DNA of 64,000 nt, from positions 7,990,825-8,054,824 of the forward strand of contig NC_068989.1 in assembly GCF_001194135.2 (NCBI RefSeq), given 5' to 3'. The notes beneath the pieces are model-generated. The model was not told where the DNA came from and ran no database searches. It saw only the letters and a program-made list of their open reading frames with translations. The DNA is from Octopus bimaculoides (Eukaryota). Made by a program: the position numbers and the translations under genes. Positions 20,790-33,735 of the stretch are shown here, piece by piece. Each line of letters begins with the position of its first letter. Positions within the stretch are counted from its first letter, which is position 1.

Positions 20790-23786
20790 GTTTTTAAAGA
20801 GCACCTCCTCAAACGTTTCTGGTATCGATTTCTTCCAATGCAAGTTACATGGTAACAAAATACCAAAGAACAGTTTTTCAATGAGAATAGTTTAAAATCT
20901 TGCAAGATGTTGTGATATCTATTCATTGAACCATTTTGTCATGAGGAACAGTGAATAGTGTTGAAAAAAGTCTTTTGGAAAATCTTGTAAATAACTTGGT
21001 CGAGCACCCAACAAGATGGCAGTCACTGAAAACTCTCAGCAGAAATCTTATGGTATTAGTTCTTCTGTCACAATCTTAAGACCAAAATCACCCACTAAAT
21101 CAATATGTGACAAAAATTTTATAACGTTTATGGAAACGAATCTCAATGAGTCCTTTAGTGGTGAAGAATCAGGGAACTCATGGGAAGAGATATTGTGTGC
21201 TTTCTCTGCCCCTTTTCTCTTTCGTTCCCCAAATGGCTCCTTTCTTCCCAATGTTAACATGCAGATGTACTGGTGTAACTTTTGTCGATTTAAATGTCAG
21301 GAGAAACAGAAGATGATTGAACATTCCCAAACGCATCGCTTCAAGTGCAACTACTGTGATAAGGAGAGTTATCTACGCAAAGACATCATCAAGCACTCGA
21401 TGAAGGCACATAATGAGTACAGCCAAATTAAACAAGCCCTGAAGTCTTGTGCCCTTTTGGATGACTACCTAGCACAGAAAGAGATGACCTTGAAGGAACA
21501 AAGTGATGACCTCGACAAAATAACTACAAATGAGCATAATTATTTTGCAACTTACAATATCAGCAAAGTAACATCAACAGAGCCTTGTCAGTCATCAGTC
21601 GATGGTGACAATTCGATGAAAGAATGTGAAGATATTGATAATATAACTCCTAGTATTTTGGAAATGCCCAGTAATTCTCTGATTTCAGAAACAACTGAGC
21701 AGAAATCACTTTCTTATGATCCTACAAAGGAACAAAATGTTACTTTAGAAATAAATTCTGGTGCTAGCCAGTCAGTGTCTTTAGTTGTGGATAGTTACAT
21801 AAATTCCACTATGAATCTTGTGAAAGTTGATGATGTTAACAACACTGCTTCTAAATCACAACCCAGCTCGGCCAGTGACTTAAAAGCATCAGATTCTGTT
21901 GATACATATTCAGGACCACTGATTGTGTCAGTTGAGAGTTTGCATCCTGACAATGCCGATCAATCCAACAGTAGTATATCTCATACAGAGGTTAGTACAA
22001 CGGACTTGAACACTCCGACAAAGCGGAAAAGAGAAGGTCCGTCAGACAGTGATAGTTACCCAGAGGACGAGGATATTGATCCTGATTATGATCCCGAAGA
22101 ATATAAACCAAACCGCAGAATAAGTAAAAGAAAGTTATCCGAAAGATTGAAAACCTCAGGTAAATCCAAACGTTCAGGTACTCCTGTCACTAACCTTGCT
22201 CCTGGTACAAAGTTTTGGCGTTGTAGATACTGTAAGTGTAGATCAAGTAAAATTGAAAAGATTGTTGTGCATTTAAAAGCTAAACATAGCAACAAACCCT
22301 TACGTTTTATATCCAATATTGTTGGACAAAATGGTCAGATAACTGAACTTCCTGAAAAGTCTCCGAATGAATCTACACCGCCTAAAGCCGCCGAATCCAC
22401 ACCAGTAGAGAATAAGGTAAGACCAAGCATCTCTGAAACTAAAACTATAGACCTTGATAACAATAAGGAGGACAAACAATATTTATGCTTTTTCTGTGAC
22501 ACACTGTTTAGCAATATGAATGAGGTCCGACAACACATGTTTAAAGTACACCCCAGCCGAAAGTTTTACTGCATAGATACTGCTCTAAAGGAGCAAAACA
22601 AAGAATATCATACTTTCTTCTGTTGTCGCCACAAATGCAACTTTGTAAATGTCGATCCTGAAGAATATGTGAGTCATGTAGAGAAATGCACACCCATTCC
22701 TTCAGTTGAAGTAGATCCGGGGACAAAACCCACTGGTTTGCAACAAACTGTTTTATTTGCCAAGAAACTGATTAGTCAAAAAGATTCTAAATCTAATCCT
22801 TCAAAAAAAAAACACAGTCATTCCAAAGACACTGGTTCAAAAAAGACAGATAACAGTGTTAAGTTGACTGCTAAAGACACACTCTATAGTTGTCATAGTT
22901 GTGATTTCTCGGCATTAGGTAATACATTGATAAAATCACATATATTATCTAAACACCCAGATCTCGCATTGAGTGCTTTGGTGAAGAAAGAGAACAACTC
23001 GTTAGAATTTTACTTCTTCTGTTCTAAATTAGATTGTGATTTTGTTGCTCAGCAAAAAGGTGAACTGATAAAACACAGTAAAGAAAAGCATGGTGTAGAA
23101 ATGCTAGCTGTTGATAGTAAAGATATTGATGTAAAACCAAAGATAACGGCAATCAAAACTGAAGATTCCATTAAAAAGAGCAATGTAACATATATGCCAG
23201 CTTACGAGTGCCTATACTGCGAGTCTTCATGTATCTCTACTTCATTAACTAACATGAAACGTCATGTGCAGGAAGCTCACCCTTCAGAAACAATTGTAGT
23301 GCGTGATTGTATTGCGTATAAATGCAAGCGTCCTTCCCGCATATATGTCTGTGACAACAGTGGGTGCATTTTCAATGATCTGGACTACAAGCAATATCTG
23401 ATCCACGTCACAGCACACAAGGACGGTGTGTTGTACGAGTGTCTGTCATGTCCAACCTGGGCCAGCCAAGACAAAGAGGCGTTTGTAAAGCATGTTAAGA
23501 AAGAATCGAATAAAAAACACAGCCTAGCTGAACTGCGGACTTCTATGAAGCCTGATGGCTCAGTCTTATTGAAAAAAGCAGACGGTACGACTGTTGAGCA
23601 GTCTGTGAGACTCACAGAAGCTCCTGAACCATCTGCAAAGTAACAAACAAACAAAACAAAAAGCATAGAAACAAACATTTCTTCTAAATCACATTGACTT
23701 TTTGAAATAGTAAATCTTTAACTTCATTCTTCATAATATTTGCTATGTGGTTCTACATACTGTTTCTCTTACATTTGTACAATAAA
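20790..23786 (+). other. Probable terminal exon of the zinc-finger gene
   Basis: Strong acceptor ttttatttttgcAG (20788-20789) and AATAAA at 23781-23786 after the stop. Confidence 0.55.
21016..23643 (+). CDS. C2H2 zinc-finger protein, 875 aa, about 9-10 dispersed fingers, intronless CDS
   Basis: Uninterrupted 2.6-kb ORF with good Kozak context aagATGG and an in-frame stop at 20992. Fingers include CNFC..HSQTH, CNYC..HSMKAH, CRYC..HLKAKH, CFFC..HMFKVH, CHSC..HILSKH, CSKLDC..HSKEKH, CLYC..HVQEAH and CDNSGC..HVTAH. Basic NLS-like KRKRE and RRISKRK and an acidic patch are present. Confidence 0.92.
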   Translation: MAVTENSQQKSYGISSSVTILRPKSPTKSICDKNFITFMETNLNESFSGEESGNSWEEILCAFSAPFLFRSPNGSFLPNVNMQMYWCNFCRFKCQEKQKMIEHSQTHRFKCNYCDKESYLRKDIIKHSMKAHNEYSQIKQALKSCALLDDYLAQKEMTLKEQSDDLDKITTNEHNYFATYNISKVTSTEPCQSSVDGDNSMKECEDIDNITPSILEMPSNSLISETTEQKSLSYDPTKEQNVTLEINSGASQSVSLVVDSYINSTMNLVKVDDVNNTASKSQPSSASDLKASDSVDTYSGPLIVSVESLHPDNADQSNSSISHTEVSTTDLNTPTKRKREGPSDSDSYPEDEDIDPDYDPEEYKPNRRISKRKLSERLKTSGKSKRSGTPVTNLAPGTKFWRCRYCKCRSSKIEKIVVHLKAKHSNKPLRFISNIVGQNGQITELPEKSPNESTPPKAAESTPVENKVRPSISETKTIDLDNNKEDKQYLCFFCDTLFSNMNEVRQHMFKVHPSRKFYCIDTALKEQNKEYHTFFCCRHKCNFVNVDPEEYVSHVEKCTPIPSVEVDPGTKPTGLQQTVLFAKKLISQKDSKSNPSKKKHSHSKDTGSKKTDNSVKLTAKDTLYSCHSCDFSALGNTLIKSHILSKHPDLALSALVKKENNSLEFYFFCSKLDCDFVAQQKGELIKHSKEKHGVEMLAVDSKDIDVKPKITAIKTEDSIKKSNVTYMPAYECLYCESSCISTSLTNMKRHVQEAHPSETIVVRDCIAYKCKRPSRIYVCDNSGCIFNDLDYKQYLIHVTAHKDGVLYECLSCPTWASQDKEAFVKHVKKESNKKHSLAELRTSMKPDGSVLLKKADGTTVEQSVRLTEAPEPSAK

Positions 23787-23924
23787 CTTACTTGGTATTC
23801 ATTCAGTTACCAAACAATACATTTGGTTTTACTGTTGTCTTTTCTTTTTATTTGTGTGTGTGTCTGTGTCTAGCTCGGCTGTTTGTAATGTAGACCTGTT
23901 TTGTTAATTGCTTGTATATTCTTT

Positions 23925-24505
23925 TATTCTTTTACTTGTTTCAGTCATTTGACTGCAGCCATGCTGGAGCACCGACTTTACTCAAGCAAATCAACCCCAG
24001 GACTTGTAAGCCTAGTACTTATTCTATCGGCTGTCAAGTGATGTTGGAGGAACAAACATATACACACACACACACACACACATATATATACATACATACA
24101 TACATAAATAAATAAATATATATATATATATAACGCCAGAGTTTTAATGGTGGCAGCTGATGAAGGGGATGTTTCTATGTGGCCTGCTTGTTTGTTGCAC
24201 CTTGTTGACCATTTTGTCCTTGTTCTTTTGCCACGTCATGTACCTAGTTATGTATCTATATGTACATGTAGATGAACGTATATACATACATGTACATATA
24301 TATGCATATACTCATATATTGTTTATATATATATATATTAACGATGGGCTTCTTTCAGTTTCTGTCTACCAGATCCACTCACAGGGCTTTGCTCAACCCG
24401 AGGCTATAGTAGAAGACACTTGCCCAAGGTGCCACTCAGTGGGACTGAACCTGGAACCATGTGGTTGGTAAGCAAGCTACTTACCACACAGCCACTCCTA
24501 CACCT
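23925..24505 (-). mobile_element. SINE family B split by expanded microsatellite/insert
   Basis: Tail at 23925-24060, body and head at 24340-24505 (...cttaccacacagccactcctacacct). Confidence 0.8.
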
Positions 24506-24672
24506 ATCATCATCATCATCATCATCATCATTGTTTAACGTCCGCTTTCCATGCTAGCATGGGTTGGACGATTTGACTGAGGACTGGTGCAACCGGATGG
24601 CTACACCAGGCTCCAATCTAATTTGGCAGAGTTTCTGCAGCTGGATGCCCTTCCTGACGCCAACCACTCAGA
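24505..24672 (-). mobile_element. RTE-type 3' end with (GAT)n tail (family D)
   Basis: Near-identical to 17905-18015. Confidence 0.8.
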
Positions 24673-25707
24673 GGACTTGACCTCAATCCCTATTAAATTG
24701 TTCTGTCAATTGCTTATATTCATGTATACATACATACATACACATAAATATACAGGACTTGACCTTAATCCAAGACAATTTCCAACCTTGTGCTTGTCCA
24801 AAGCCGTACTTGGTAGTCATACATCTCACGGTACCCTAACAATAACAGACTTATACATAGGCCCTTCCTCAATAACGTACTGGTATTTCCGGGGTCCACC
24901 AGAGTAAAAATTTGTATATTGGTTCTACATATAACCTCCTTCGTAACCGTGTCTCTCTTCAGCGATCAGTGTGTCCTTGAAACAGTTTTTCTACACATGA
25001 CCCATTGTTTCTACGAGCTCCTCTTTATCCAATGTGTTGCGTGCAGCGATTTTTCCACAACTTATTGTCTTTCATTATCCAAACTCTTAATAACAGAATT
25101 TTTTTTTTCTCAATGTTTTACTTTCTCTGAACGGATCCAGTTATCCATAACTAATCAGTCTATCAGAGTACATGTGTTTTTGTATATCTTTGTGCATATT
25201 TTATCACTACAGATAAGATTATGTACAGACAAGTTTATTGTGATTCGAATACATTTATTTGCGTTAAAAAAAATGCCACATCACTCTCCTTTTTTTTCTC
25301 AGACTTACTATATATGAGGCTTTATTAATGTGTCATCCTAAATTTCCTTGAAAAAACTAAGGGATGTTAAGAGGGAAATTTGGTTGCTATTTCTAGCAGG
25401 CCAGGTGATTAAGTAGAAGAATATTGTAAATAGATTTCTGTACATGGGAACATTGCCATATGCGCAGTTAGCCATCCATCGAAAACTATACTTTCACTAA
25501 AAGATTGATAACAATTTATTATTATTATTATTATTATTTATTTATTTAATTTTTGGGGGCTTTAGAATTTCATTTCCTTTACTCCAATAAACCATCACTT
25601 CATTACAGTTTTATAGATCTTAGGCTTTTACTGAATCTTACGTCATTTTGGTACACGCAACCGTTAGTTAACCTGAAATAATAATAATAATAACAATAAC
25701 AACAACA

Positions 25708-25770
25708 ATTTCTATTTGCCACCTGGGTGACGGATGAGGAGGACGACACAACGACAGACAAAATGTGGGC
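25708..25770 (-). mobile_element. Isolated LINE/SINE 3' tip (Tx1-like tail)
   Basis: Minus strand tttgtctgtcgttgtgtcgtcctcc...gtggcaaatagaaatt followed by a (GTT)/(ATT) tail. Confidence 0.4.
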
Positions 25771-25904
25771 ATTTAAATGCAATGATATGATATAGAAAAA
25801 TAAAATAAAATGAATTGATAATTAAATAGATTGTAGAAAGCATACGTCGTAAATAGGAAATGTACACAGTATACATCAATGAAATAATAATAATAATAAT
25901 AATA

Positions 25905-26095
25905 ATCCTTTCTACTATATGTACAAGGCCTGAAATTTGATGGGGGTGGGGTGAAGTCGATTACATCGACACCAGTACTCAGCTGGTATGTAATTTAGTG
26001 ACCTCGAAAGGATGAAAGGCAAAGTCGACATCGGCGGAATTTGAACTCACATCGTGAAGATGGACGAAATGCTGCCATGCATTTTGCCCGGCGTG
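25905..26095 (-). mobile_element. SINE family A, 5'-truncated
   Basis: Tail atcctttctacta...aaggcctgaaattt and B-box region ggaatttgaactc; head missing. Confidence 0.8.
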
Positions 26096-26099
26096 AATA

Positions 26100-26780
26100 A
26101 TAATAATAATAATTTCATTTATTAGCCACTAGGGGACGATACAGTAGACATAGACAGTAGGGATCTTACACAGGGACAGCGAGTACACAAAACAATAACA
26201 ATGATATCCAACAAAAGAATATAACAATGAAAGTTCCCCAATAGGGTGGGTGGGGGAGGTGATCACCTGAGGTTATCCCAGGTATCCCACCAATCCTGAA
26301 CCAGTCGACGCTTCGAGGGCATCTGGGAAGTGCACCCGTCTCCCTCTCAAATTCACTCGCCTACAGGCGCATTATTAGAGTAGGTTCACTCACACGTGCC
26401 GTTTTCGCTACATTTACCCACCTTTTAGCAAATGTAATGGGAGGCAGCACGTCTCTCCCCACCCTCATCTTCCTTACCAAATGAAATTTGAAGAAGTTGA
26501 GTGATTGGCCGAAGAGAAAAGTGTTTGTCTTCAGTTCTTTCAACCTGGTCCACCATACAGACAGAGGAAAATTGCCTGCCCTTTCGGACCGAAGGAAAGC
26601 GGCGGATCGATCTTCACTACGGACTCGGCCGATAGCCGGATCCGTCCTACACGTGATAACAGCTGTTCAACATGACTCCATAAGTCAGTAATGCAAGAAC
26701 ACTGGACGTGTGTGTGCAGAACGGTTTCGTCGCTCTGCGCGCACCTCGGGCAGGTAGGTCCGTCTGACAGCACTTCTGTA
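26100..26780 (-). mobile_element. Tx1/L1-clade LINE 3' fragment (CCHC finger, 3'UTR, (ATT)n tail)
   Basis: Translates CPRCAQSDETVLHTHVQC (zf-RVT type) and FFKFHLVRKMRVGRDVL..TFAKRW. Ends aataaatgaa(att)n. Confidence 0.8.
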
Positions 26781-27140
26781 CCTGTAGAGTTTATCTCGAA
26801 CCGGCAGTGCCCACCGGTAGAACTGCCAAGCTAGGGATTTCTGGCATGCTTAAAGGTTATGTAACCGTGGTTTGATCTTGGTGGTCCCAGTTTTCTTTGT
26901 TACCTTATAGAGTAAACATGGCCGCTCCTCTGGCATTGTGACCACCGAGGAAGAATAGAGAGCAATGATCCGATTCCTCTGATCTGAAGGTGTGTTATGA
27001 GCTGAAATTCATCGTAGGCTTTCAGTACAATGCGAGGACAGCGGTCTACCGCGTAGAAGTGTGTATGAGTAGATCAAGTTTTTTAAAAATGGTCGGACAA
27101 GCGTGAAGCACGAAGCGGGAGCAGGACGGCCATCAACCTC
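26780..27140 (+). mobile_element. Mariner 5' remnant (transposase N-terminal HTH)
   Basis: From ATG 26918: MAAPL...EE*RAMIRFL*SEGV..AEIHRRLSVQ..DSGLPRRSVYE*IKFFKNGRTSVKHEAGAGRPST. Confidence 0.8.
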
Positions 27141-27330
27141 TAATTTCAGAGCAGCGGGGAAGTCGATTGCATCGACCCCAGTGCTCAATGGGTACTTATT
27201 TTATCGACCTCGAAAGCATGAAATGCAAAGTCAGCCTCGGTGGAATTTGAACCTAGAACGTATAGCCGGAAGAAATGTCGCGAATAATTTTGTCCGGCGT
27301 GCTAACGATTCTGTCAGACCGCCGCCTCTT
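27130..27330 (-). mobile_element. SINE family A
   Basis: gtcgattgcatcgacccc...ggtacttattttatcgacc...ccggcgtgctaacgattctg. Confidence 0.8.
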
Positions 27331-28289
27331 CATTAGCAATAACTGCAACGTAAACAATAGGAAGAACAATGATCCAGCATCAACATTATGAATAACAGCG
27401 ACAGCAGTTACAAAGGCTCAGACAGCAACAATAACGGAACAGACTAACATTAAGAATGAGAGGAGGGATTGTCTTTGGGTAGTTGCTCGGCTCACAAGAA
27501 GTAGTCAGATGTCACAAGGACATTGTATGAGAATGAATATCGAGGGCGCATGAATATAATATAAGCTTCAGTTGTATCTCTCTTGGGGAGTAAAATACGC
27601 GACTGTCGGAATGCTATTATTGCTCATTGAACTATGATTGAGGATTGATCTGGTGACCAAGCAGCAGCAACAATAACGATATTACAAATAGCAGCAGCCA
27701 ACATGAAAATATCAACATTGTCTCTCTACATGCTAGAAATAGCAGTCAAGATCACATCACACCATTTGAAGTAAGAACCATTTCAAAAAATGTAGTCGGA
27801 AAAAATCTTTGCGAAAAGATAGAATGATCACAGTTGGAAAATAGCGAATGGTAGAGGCTTTATTGTATCGAATCAACTGCTTTGCAGTAATCAATCCAAT
27901 TGTGTGAGCTCGGAATTCAAGTCTCACCGTGGTAAACGTTACCTTTCACCATTTCGGGGTCGACAATAAAAAATGTTACCAATTTAGGGCGATGGATTAG
28001 CGGGATTGTAAGAACATCTAAACGAATGTTGTGCAATGTCTTGTCTTGCATCTTTGCGGTTTTGAGTTCAAATCCCGTGAAGACCTACTTGCGTGGTATT
28101 CGAGTAGACTTAACCCCTCATCCCGTTGTATACCACCACCTCGCACCTTGGGTGTCTTTAGAAGAGTCTCTATTGTAAGCCTTCGGGTTCGGTGTTCAGT
28201 TTTACGATATCGTCCTCATTACCACCTTCCAATCAATTATAGAGGCACAGGCTCTGCCTTTCTTCCTTATTTGTGGGTTTTTTTTTGTT

Positions 28290-28660
28290 TCAGTAATTAG
28301 ACTGTGGCCATGCTGGGGCATCACCTTGAAGAATTTTAGTCGAATGAATCGACCCCAGTGCTTATTATATTTTAAAACTTGGTACTTATTCTGTTGGTTT
28401 CTTTTGTCAAACCGCTAAGTTATGGGAATGCAGACACATCAATACTAGTTTTCAAGCGGCAGGGGAGGACAAACACGCACACCACACATCTATATACGAC
28501 GGGGTTCTTTCATTTTCCGTCTACCAAATGCTCTCACAAGGCTTTGGTCGGGCCGAGGCTATAGTAGAAGACACTTGCCCCTGGTGCCACGCAATGGGGC
28601 TGAACTCGAGACAGTGTGGTTGGGAAGCACATTTCTTACCGCACTGCCACACTTGCGCTT
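28290..28660 (-). mobile_element. Full-length SINE family B
   Basis: Tail through head (...cttaccgcactgccacacttgcgc). Confidence 0.85.
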
Positions 28661-30060
28661 TGACTAAGATGAAATTAAAAAAAAACAAAACAAGACATTT
28701 GTTCCTTCGCAGTGACCTATGCGCCAAACAGCAGCGACATAATTTAACAATAGCAACATAATCAACAACAAGATGATCAATGCAACATGAAACATGTAAA
28801 ACAACAACAACAACAATTAGAAGAATATGAAGGAAGAAAGGTGGACATAAAAGGGAAATGTAGAATTGTATTGGATTTACCTAGGATATCGGTGTTTTTC
28901 AATATTATAGATAAACACAATCTATGACAAAACCACATCAGGCTGCTGGTTGACAAGTGCCTTATATTTAATTTACAACAGGAGGCATAGCATTTAGTGT
29001 AGGATGTATGCAGCGTAAGAGCTGTGAAATCTAGAATGAAAAGAAAATACAGAAAAGTTTAACAGGCGTGGCACTGTGTGTGTGATTTAGAAGTTTGTTT
29101 TATTTAATGTGTGTGTGTGTGTGTGAATATATGTGTGTGTGTGTATGTATGTGTGTGCCTGTATGTATGAGTATATGAATACAGATATGTATAAAAGTGT
29201 AAGTCCGTATATACTGGTGTTTTTATTGAAAACTATTGGTTTGAAATGTTTTAGCGTTTTGAAAATTTTTGTGTTTGCAGGTAGAGACTATTTATATTAT
29301 TCACTCATTCTCTCTGCCTCTCTCCCTCTCTCCATATATATATTTCAATTCAGTGTTTCTAAATATAGGAATGTGCTAGGATTCATTGGTACAAAGTTGG
29401 CGGGGTTTGTTATTTTCTTCGTATAGTTGTGCGTGCAACAATATTTTCAAATTTATGCAAAGTGGAGTATTCCTTGATTTTATTGTCCATACATGTTTAG
29501 ATACTGAAGTATCACTGTTTCCTGTTTAGATTGCGAAACATGCGTGTGACAGTTGTATCACAATTTGAAATGGTTTGCAGTAAACTTTATATATGTGAAT
29601 GTATTACGTAGTATAGCGTTCGTGGCTATAGTTGTGCTATCGACAATATGACCTGTGATACAGTTTCCGTTTAGAGGAGAGGGCGAAGTTCTGAACTTGC
29701 AATTGTTGTTGTGTGTGTGGTTTCGTTTTTTTTTTTTTTACCTTTAGAAAGTTTTAGGTGGTTCGAAGTTGTTAATTGCAGAATATAATATTTTTATGCT
29801 GTGTATGTTTATTAGTTTGTGGTAATTGTGATTTTGGCGGGAAAGTGTTTTTGGAGTATTCCGAAAAATAGTTAGGTTGACGTTGTGGAGACTTGCATAC
29901 TGAGGAGGGAGCTGAACGAGATAATCCAAACAAACATACATACATAGACATATGCATACATGCATGCATACATATTTACATACGTAAAAAACAACATTAA
30001 TACATACATTTATGAATACACACATACAAACATTTGTCATATTTGCACCTGTCTCATATA

Positions 30061-30256
30061 TTGGGTTGTCCGGAAAGTTCGTGCCGATTTTTAAATGAAA
30101 GAAAAAGGTCAATAAATACTTGCCATTACATTTTTAATCAACGAAATATGAACCATTTTGTTAAAATACCCTCTTCCCAGAATCGAGGTGGTTTCATGGC
30201 AAATAAGTCGAAAGGTAAGCTACTATAAATCGGCACGAACTTTCCGGACAACCCAG
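30061..30256. mobile_element. Mariner-type MITE (196 bp)
   Basis: 30-bp TIRs ttgggttgtccggaaagttcgtgccgattt and aaatcggcacgaactttccggacaacccag, with TA on both sides. Confidence 0.9.
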
Positions 30257-30739
30257 TATATTACATGGATATTAAATAAAGGGACCAAGACAGGGTTATT
30301 AGAAGCACATTACTACATACTAAAAGGACCAAAATCTTTGCTGGATTTAAATACAAGCAATGACTGCAAACTTAAACAATAAATGCATACCTTGTCGTTC
30401 TGACGCCAAAACCATAGTGAAGCATAACACCAAAACACAGAATGTAGATCTTAATTTGGAATTCATGGTTTATCAGAGAAGCAAAGCAATCTTGAGAGGT
30501 TACAATTACAAAGATGAAGATTCAGCCGTTGTCGTATGTTGAATAGATGTTTAGTGTAAAGGAATTTAGTTTGAGATTTAAACCACCTGTTTTTCTGGTA
30601 TTTATTTATTATTTAATTTATTTATTTAATGTTTCGTTTTTTTGTTTTTGTTTCTTTTGTGTTGTTTTTGTTTAGCGATTGCAGGATTTACCTGTTTGTT
30701 CCTTTTAATGTTATCTTTGTTGATTTCTGATAATGACAG

Positions 30740-30799
30740 TGATGATGATGATGATGATGATGATGATGGTGATAAGATCAAGGGCAACTGCTGCTGCCG

Positions 30800-30854
<55 letters not shown>

Positions 30855-30855
30855 A
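30740..30855. repeat. (GAT)n and (CTA)n microsatellites
   Basis: Directly visible. Confidence 0.95.
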
Positions 30856-31009
30856 ATTATCAATGATAATAATTATACTGAAGAACATTAATGAAACAAC
30901 GTATTCCGCTAAATTTCCTTTCTACAACTTAACCAAAATGTTGTATACATGTGTTTTGTCTCACACATCAACACACACACACGCACACATGTATATAAGT
31001 GTGTGTGTT

Positions 31010-31049
<40 letters not shown>

Positions 31050-31131
31050 GAGTAAATATTCAGAAGTGAATATTCATATTGATATTATTATTGTTATTAT
31101 TATCAGCGGCAAATATAAATAGCTCGCCACC

Positions 31132-31255
<124 letters not shown>

Positions 31256-33254
31256 TAATAATACAAAAAGTCACTTTTAAACACTATGATAAATACCCCT
31301 TTCCCCAAAGTAATCAGATACCGAAAAATTGTTCCCATGGGTACTGTTTACATCCTTAGGAAAAGAGGTTCAAGTTGAAAATATCTGAAGCTTTTAAACG
31401 CTTTCAAAATTGTAAATATTACTACAATCTTTTAAGGAAATCTTAATTTTCATTATTTCCTTTCACTACTATATATCACTGCAAGTATAAAGATCTTGAA
31501 ATAGAAATTGGCAAAATGTGGAACTTGTATTTTCTAAAAGGTAAAAGATTTGTTGAAAAATCAACAACAACAACAAAAAAAAAAAACGAAAGAAAAGAGA
31601 AAACTCAATAAAATGTGCTATATGTAAATATGCTAAAATATATTAATGTTCGTAGCCTCTTCAATATGGCTGTTCCGTTCGAACGAATTTTTCTGCGATT
31701 TTTTAACTTCATGATATTTCTGACGAAGCGCAATTAATTCCGATAAAATAAATTACAAGGGAAATAACTGGGAATATGAAAGTGGTAAGAGTAACTGCCC
31801 TTGTCCCATTATTTGGAAAATATGTTCGTAACGTGTTCGTTTTATGTATAAGAACGTTGTAATTTTAATAAACCAAACAGGAACGGGGATTGTATTGCAA
31901 TAAATATTATACACATGTTCCTTAAATTATACTGTTCTGTCATGGAAAAGAGAGTAAAGTTCAAGCGATAAATAAAATAGACCTCAGCTGAATACTTTTC
32001 ACTGCACGTCTGCTCGGTCAAGGTAAACAAAAAGAGAAAATCAGCTTGAATTAGCAAAATTGCTTATTTATTGCCAGGTTAGCTTGATCAAGGCTGACCT
32101 GGGGTTAAATAACAACAACAAAAACGCTATATCACTCGAGCTAACGACAAAGACCCTATGTGGTCGCTTCCCTTGCTAGAAATAGTATCCAAAATTTCCT
32201 TGGATCAAACGTTGTGATTTAATGTAAAGTTGATACCAAAATTCAAGGCATTTATATCTAGGTGCAGGCATGACTATACTGTGAAGAAATTCGCTTTGCA
32301 AACACGTGGAAAAAATCTTTTTATTTCTTCAATATTATCAACGCTTTCGTTCGTTTCTCGAACTTGTCAAATAGAATTTTTTGAATGTACAAACAACTTG
32401 TTCATTTATTAAAAGAACATGTTTNNNNNNNNNNNNNNNNNNNNNNNNNNNNNNNNNNNNNNNNNNNNNNNNNNNNNNNNNNNNNNNNNNNNNNNNNNNN
32501 NNNNNNNNNNNNNNNNNNNNNNNNNNNNNNNNNNNNNNNNNNNNNNNNNNNNNNNNNNNNNNNNNNNNNNNNNNNNNNNNNNNNNNNNNNNNNNNNNNNN
32601 NNNNNNNNNNNNNNNNNNNNNNNNNNNNNNNNNNNNNNNNNNNNNNNNNNNNNNNNNNNNNNNNNNNNNNNNNNNNNNNNNNNNNNNNNNNNNNNNNNNN
32701 NNNNNNNNNNNNNNNNNNNNNNNNNNNNNNNNNNNNNNNNNNNNNNNNNNNNNNNNNNNNNNNNNNNNNNNNNNNNNNNNNNNNNNNNNNNNNNNNNNNN
32801 NNNNNNNNNNNNNNNNNNNNNNNNNNNNNNNNNNNNNNNNNNNNNNNNNNNNNNNNNNNNNNNNNNNNNNNNNNNNNNNNNNNNNNNNNNNNNNNNNNNN
32901 NNNNNNNNNNNNNNNNNNNNNNNNNNNNNNNNNNNNNNNNNNNNNNNNNNNNNNNNNNNNNNNNNNNNNNNNNNNNNNNNNNNNNNNNNNNNNNNNNNNN
33001 NNNNNNNNNNNNNNNNNNNNNNNNNNNNNNNNNNNNNNNNNNNNNNNNNNNNNNNNNNNNNNNNNNNNNNNNNNNNNNNNNNNNNNNNNNNNNNNNNNNN
33101 NNNNNNNNNNNNNNNNNNNNNNNNNNNNNNNNNNNNNNNNNNNNNNNNNNNNNNNNNNNNNNNNNNNNNNNNNNNNNNNNNNNNNNNNNNNNNNNNNNNN
33201 NNNNNNNNNNNNNNNNNNNNNNNNNNNNNNNNNNNNNNNNNNNNNNNNNNNNNN

Positions 33255-33510
33255 TATATATATATATATATATATATGAATGTATGTATATATGTGTGTG
33301 TGCCTTTGTGTCTGTGCTTGTCTCTCCCATCATCACTTAACAACTGGTGTTGGTCCTCGCACGTATAGATTCGGCAAAAGGGACCTATAAAATAAGTGCT
33401 AGGCTTACAAAAAATAAGTTCTGGAGTCGATTTCTTCGACTAAAAAAACTTTTACGATGATGCTCCAATATGGCTGCAGTCAACTGACTGAAACAAGTAA
33501 AAAAAAGAAT
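33255..33510 (+). mobile_element. SINE family B 3' half
   Basis: (tg)n-tttgtgtctgtg...tcggcaaaag...gatgctccaatatggctgcagtc...gactgaaacaagtaaaa. Confidence 0.8.
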
Positions 33511-33699
33511 ACTCACACACACACGCGTGTGTATATACACGCATGCAAACACACCCCTGTGCCAATCTGGCTAGTTCTCGACCCACCCACATACCTATCT
33601 ACATTCGTACATACACAGAGGCATTGAAAGACGTTACGTCGTGTCTCTTTGCAGCTACGAGTGGCACTTTAAGATGAAAGAAATCCATAGGAAATTAAA

Positions 33700-33735
33700 T
33701 AGGAAGTCATAGCGCAGGCGGGGTCCTATATAAAC
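33700..33735 (+). promoter_or_regulatory. Candidate Pol II core promoter (ETS-like, GC box, TATA)
   Basis: aggaagt, ggcgggg (33717-33723) and TATATAAA (33727-33734) inside a GC-richer island. Confidence 0.35.

Noticed and set aside
24780-25100. Possible Tc1-like transposase remnant on the minus strand
   Set aside because: Similarity too weak to support without a search.
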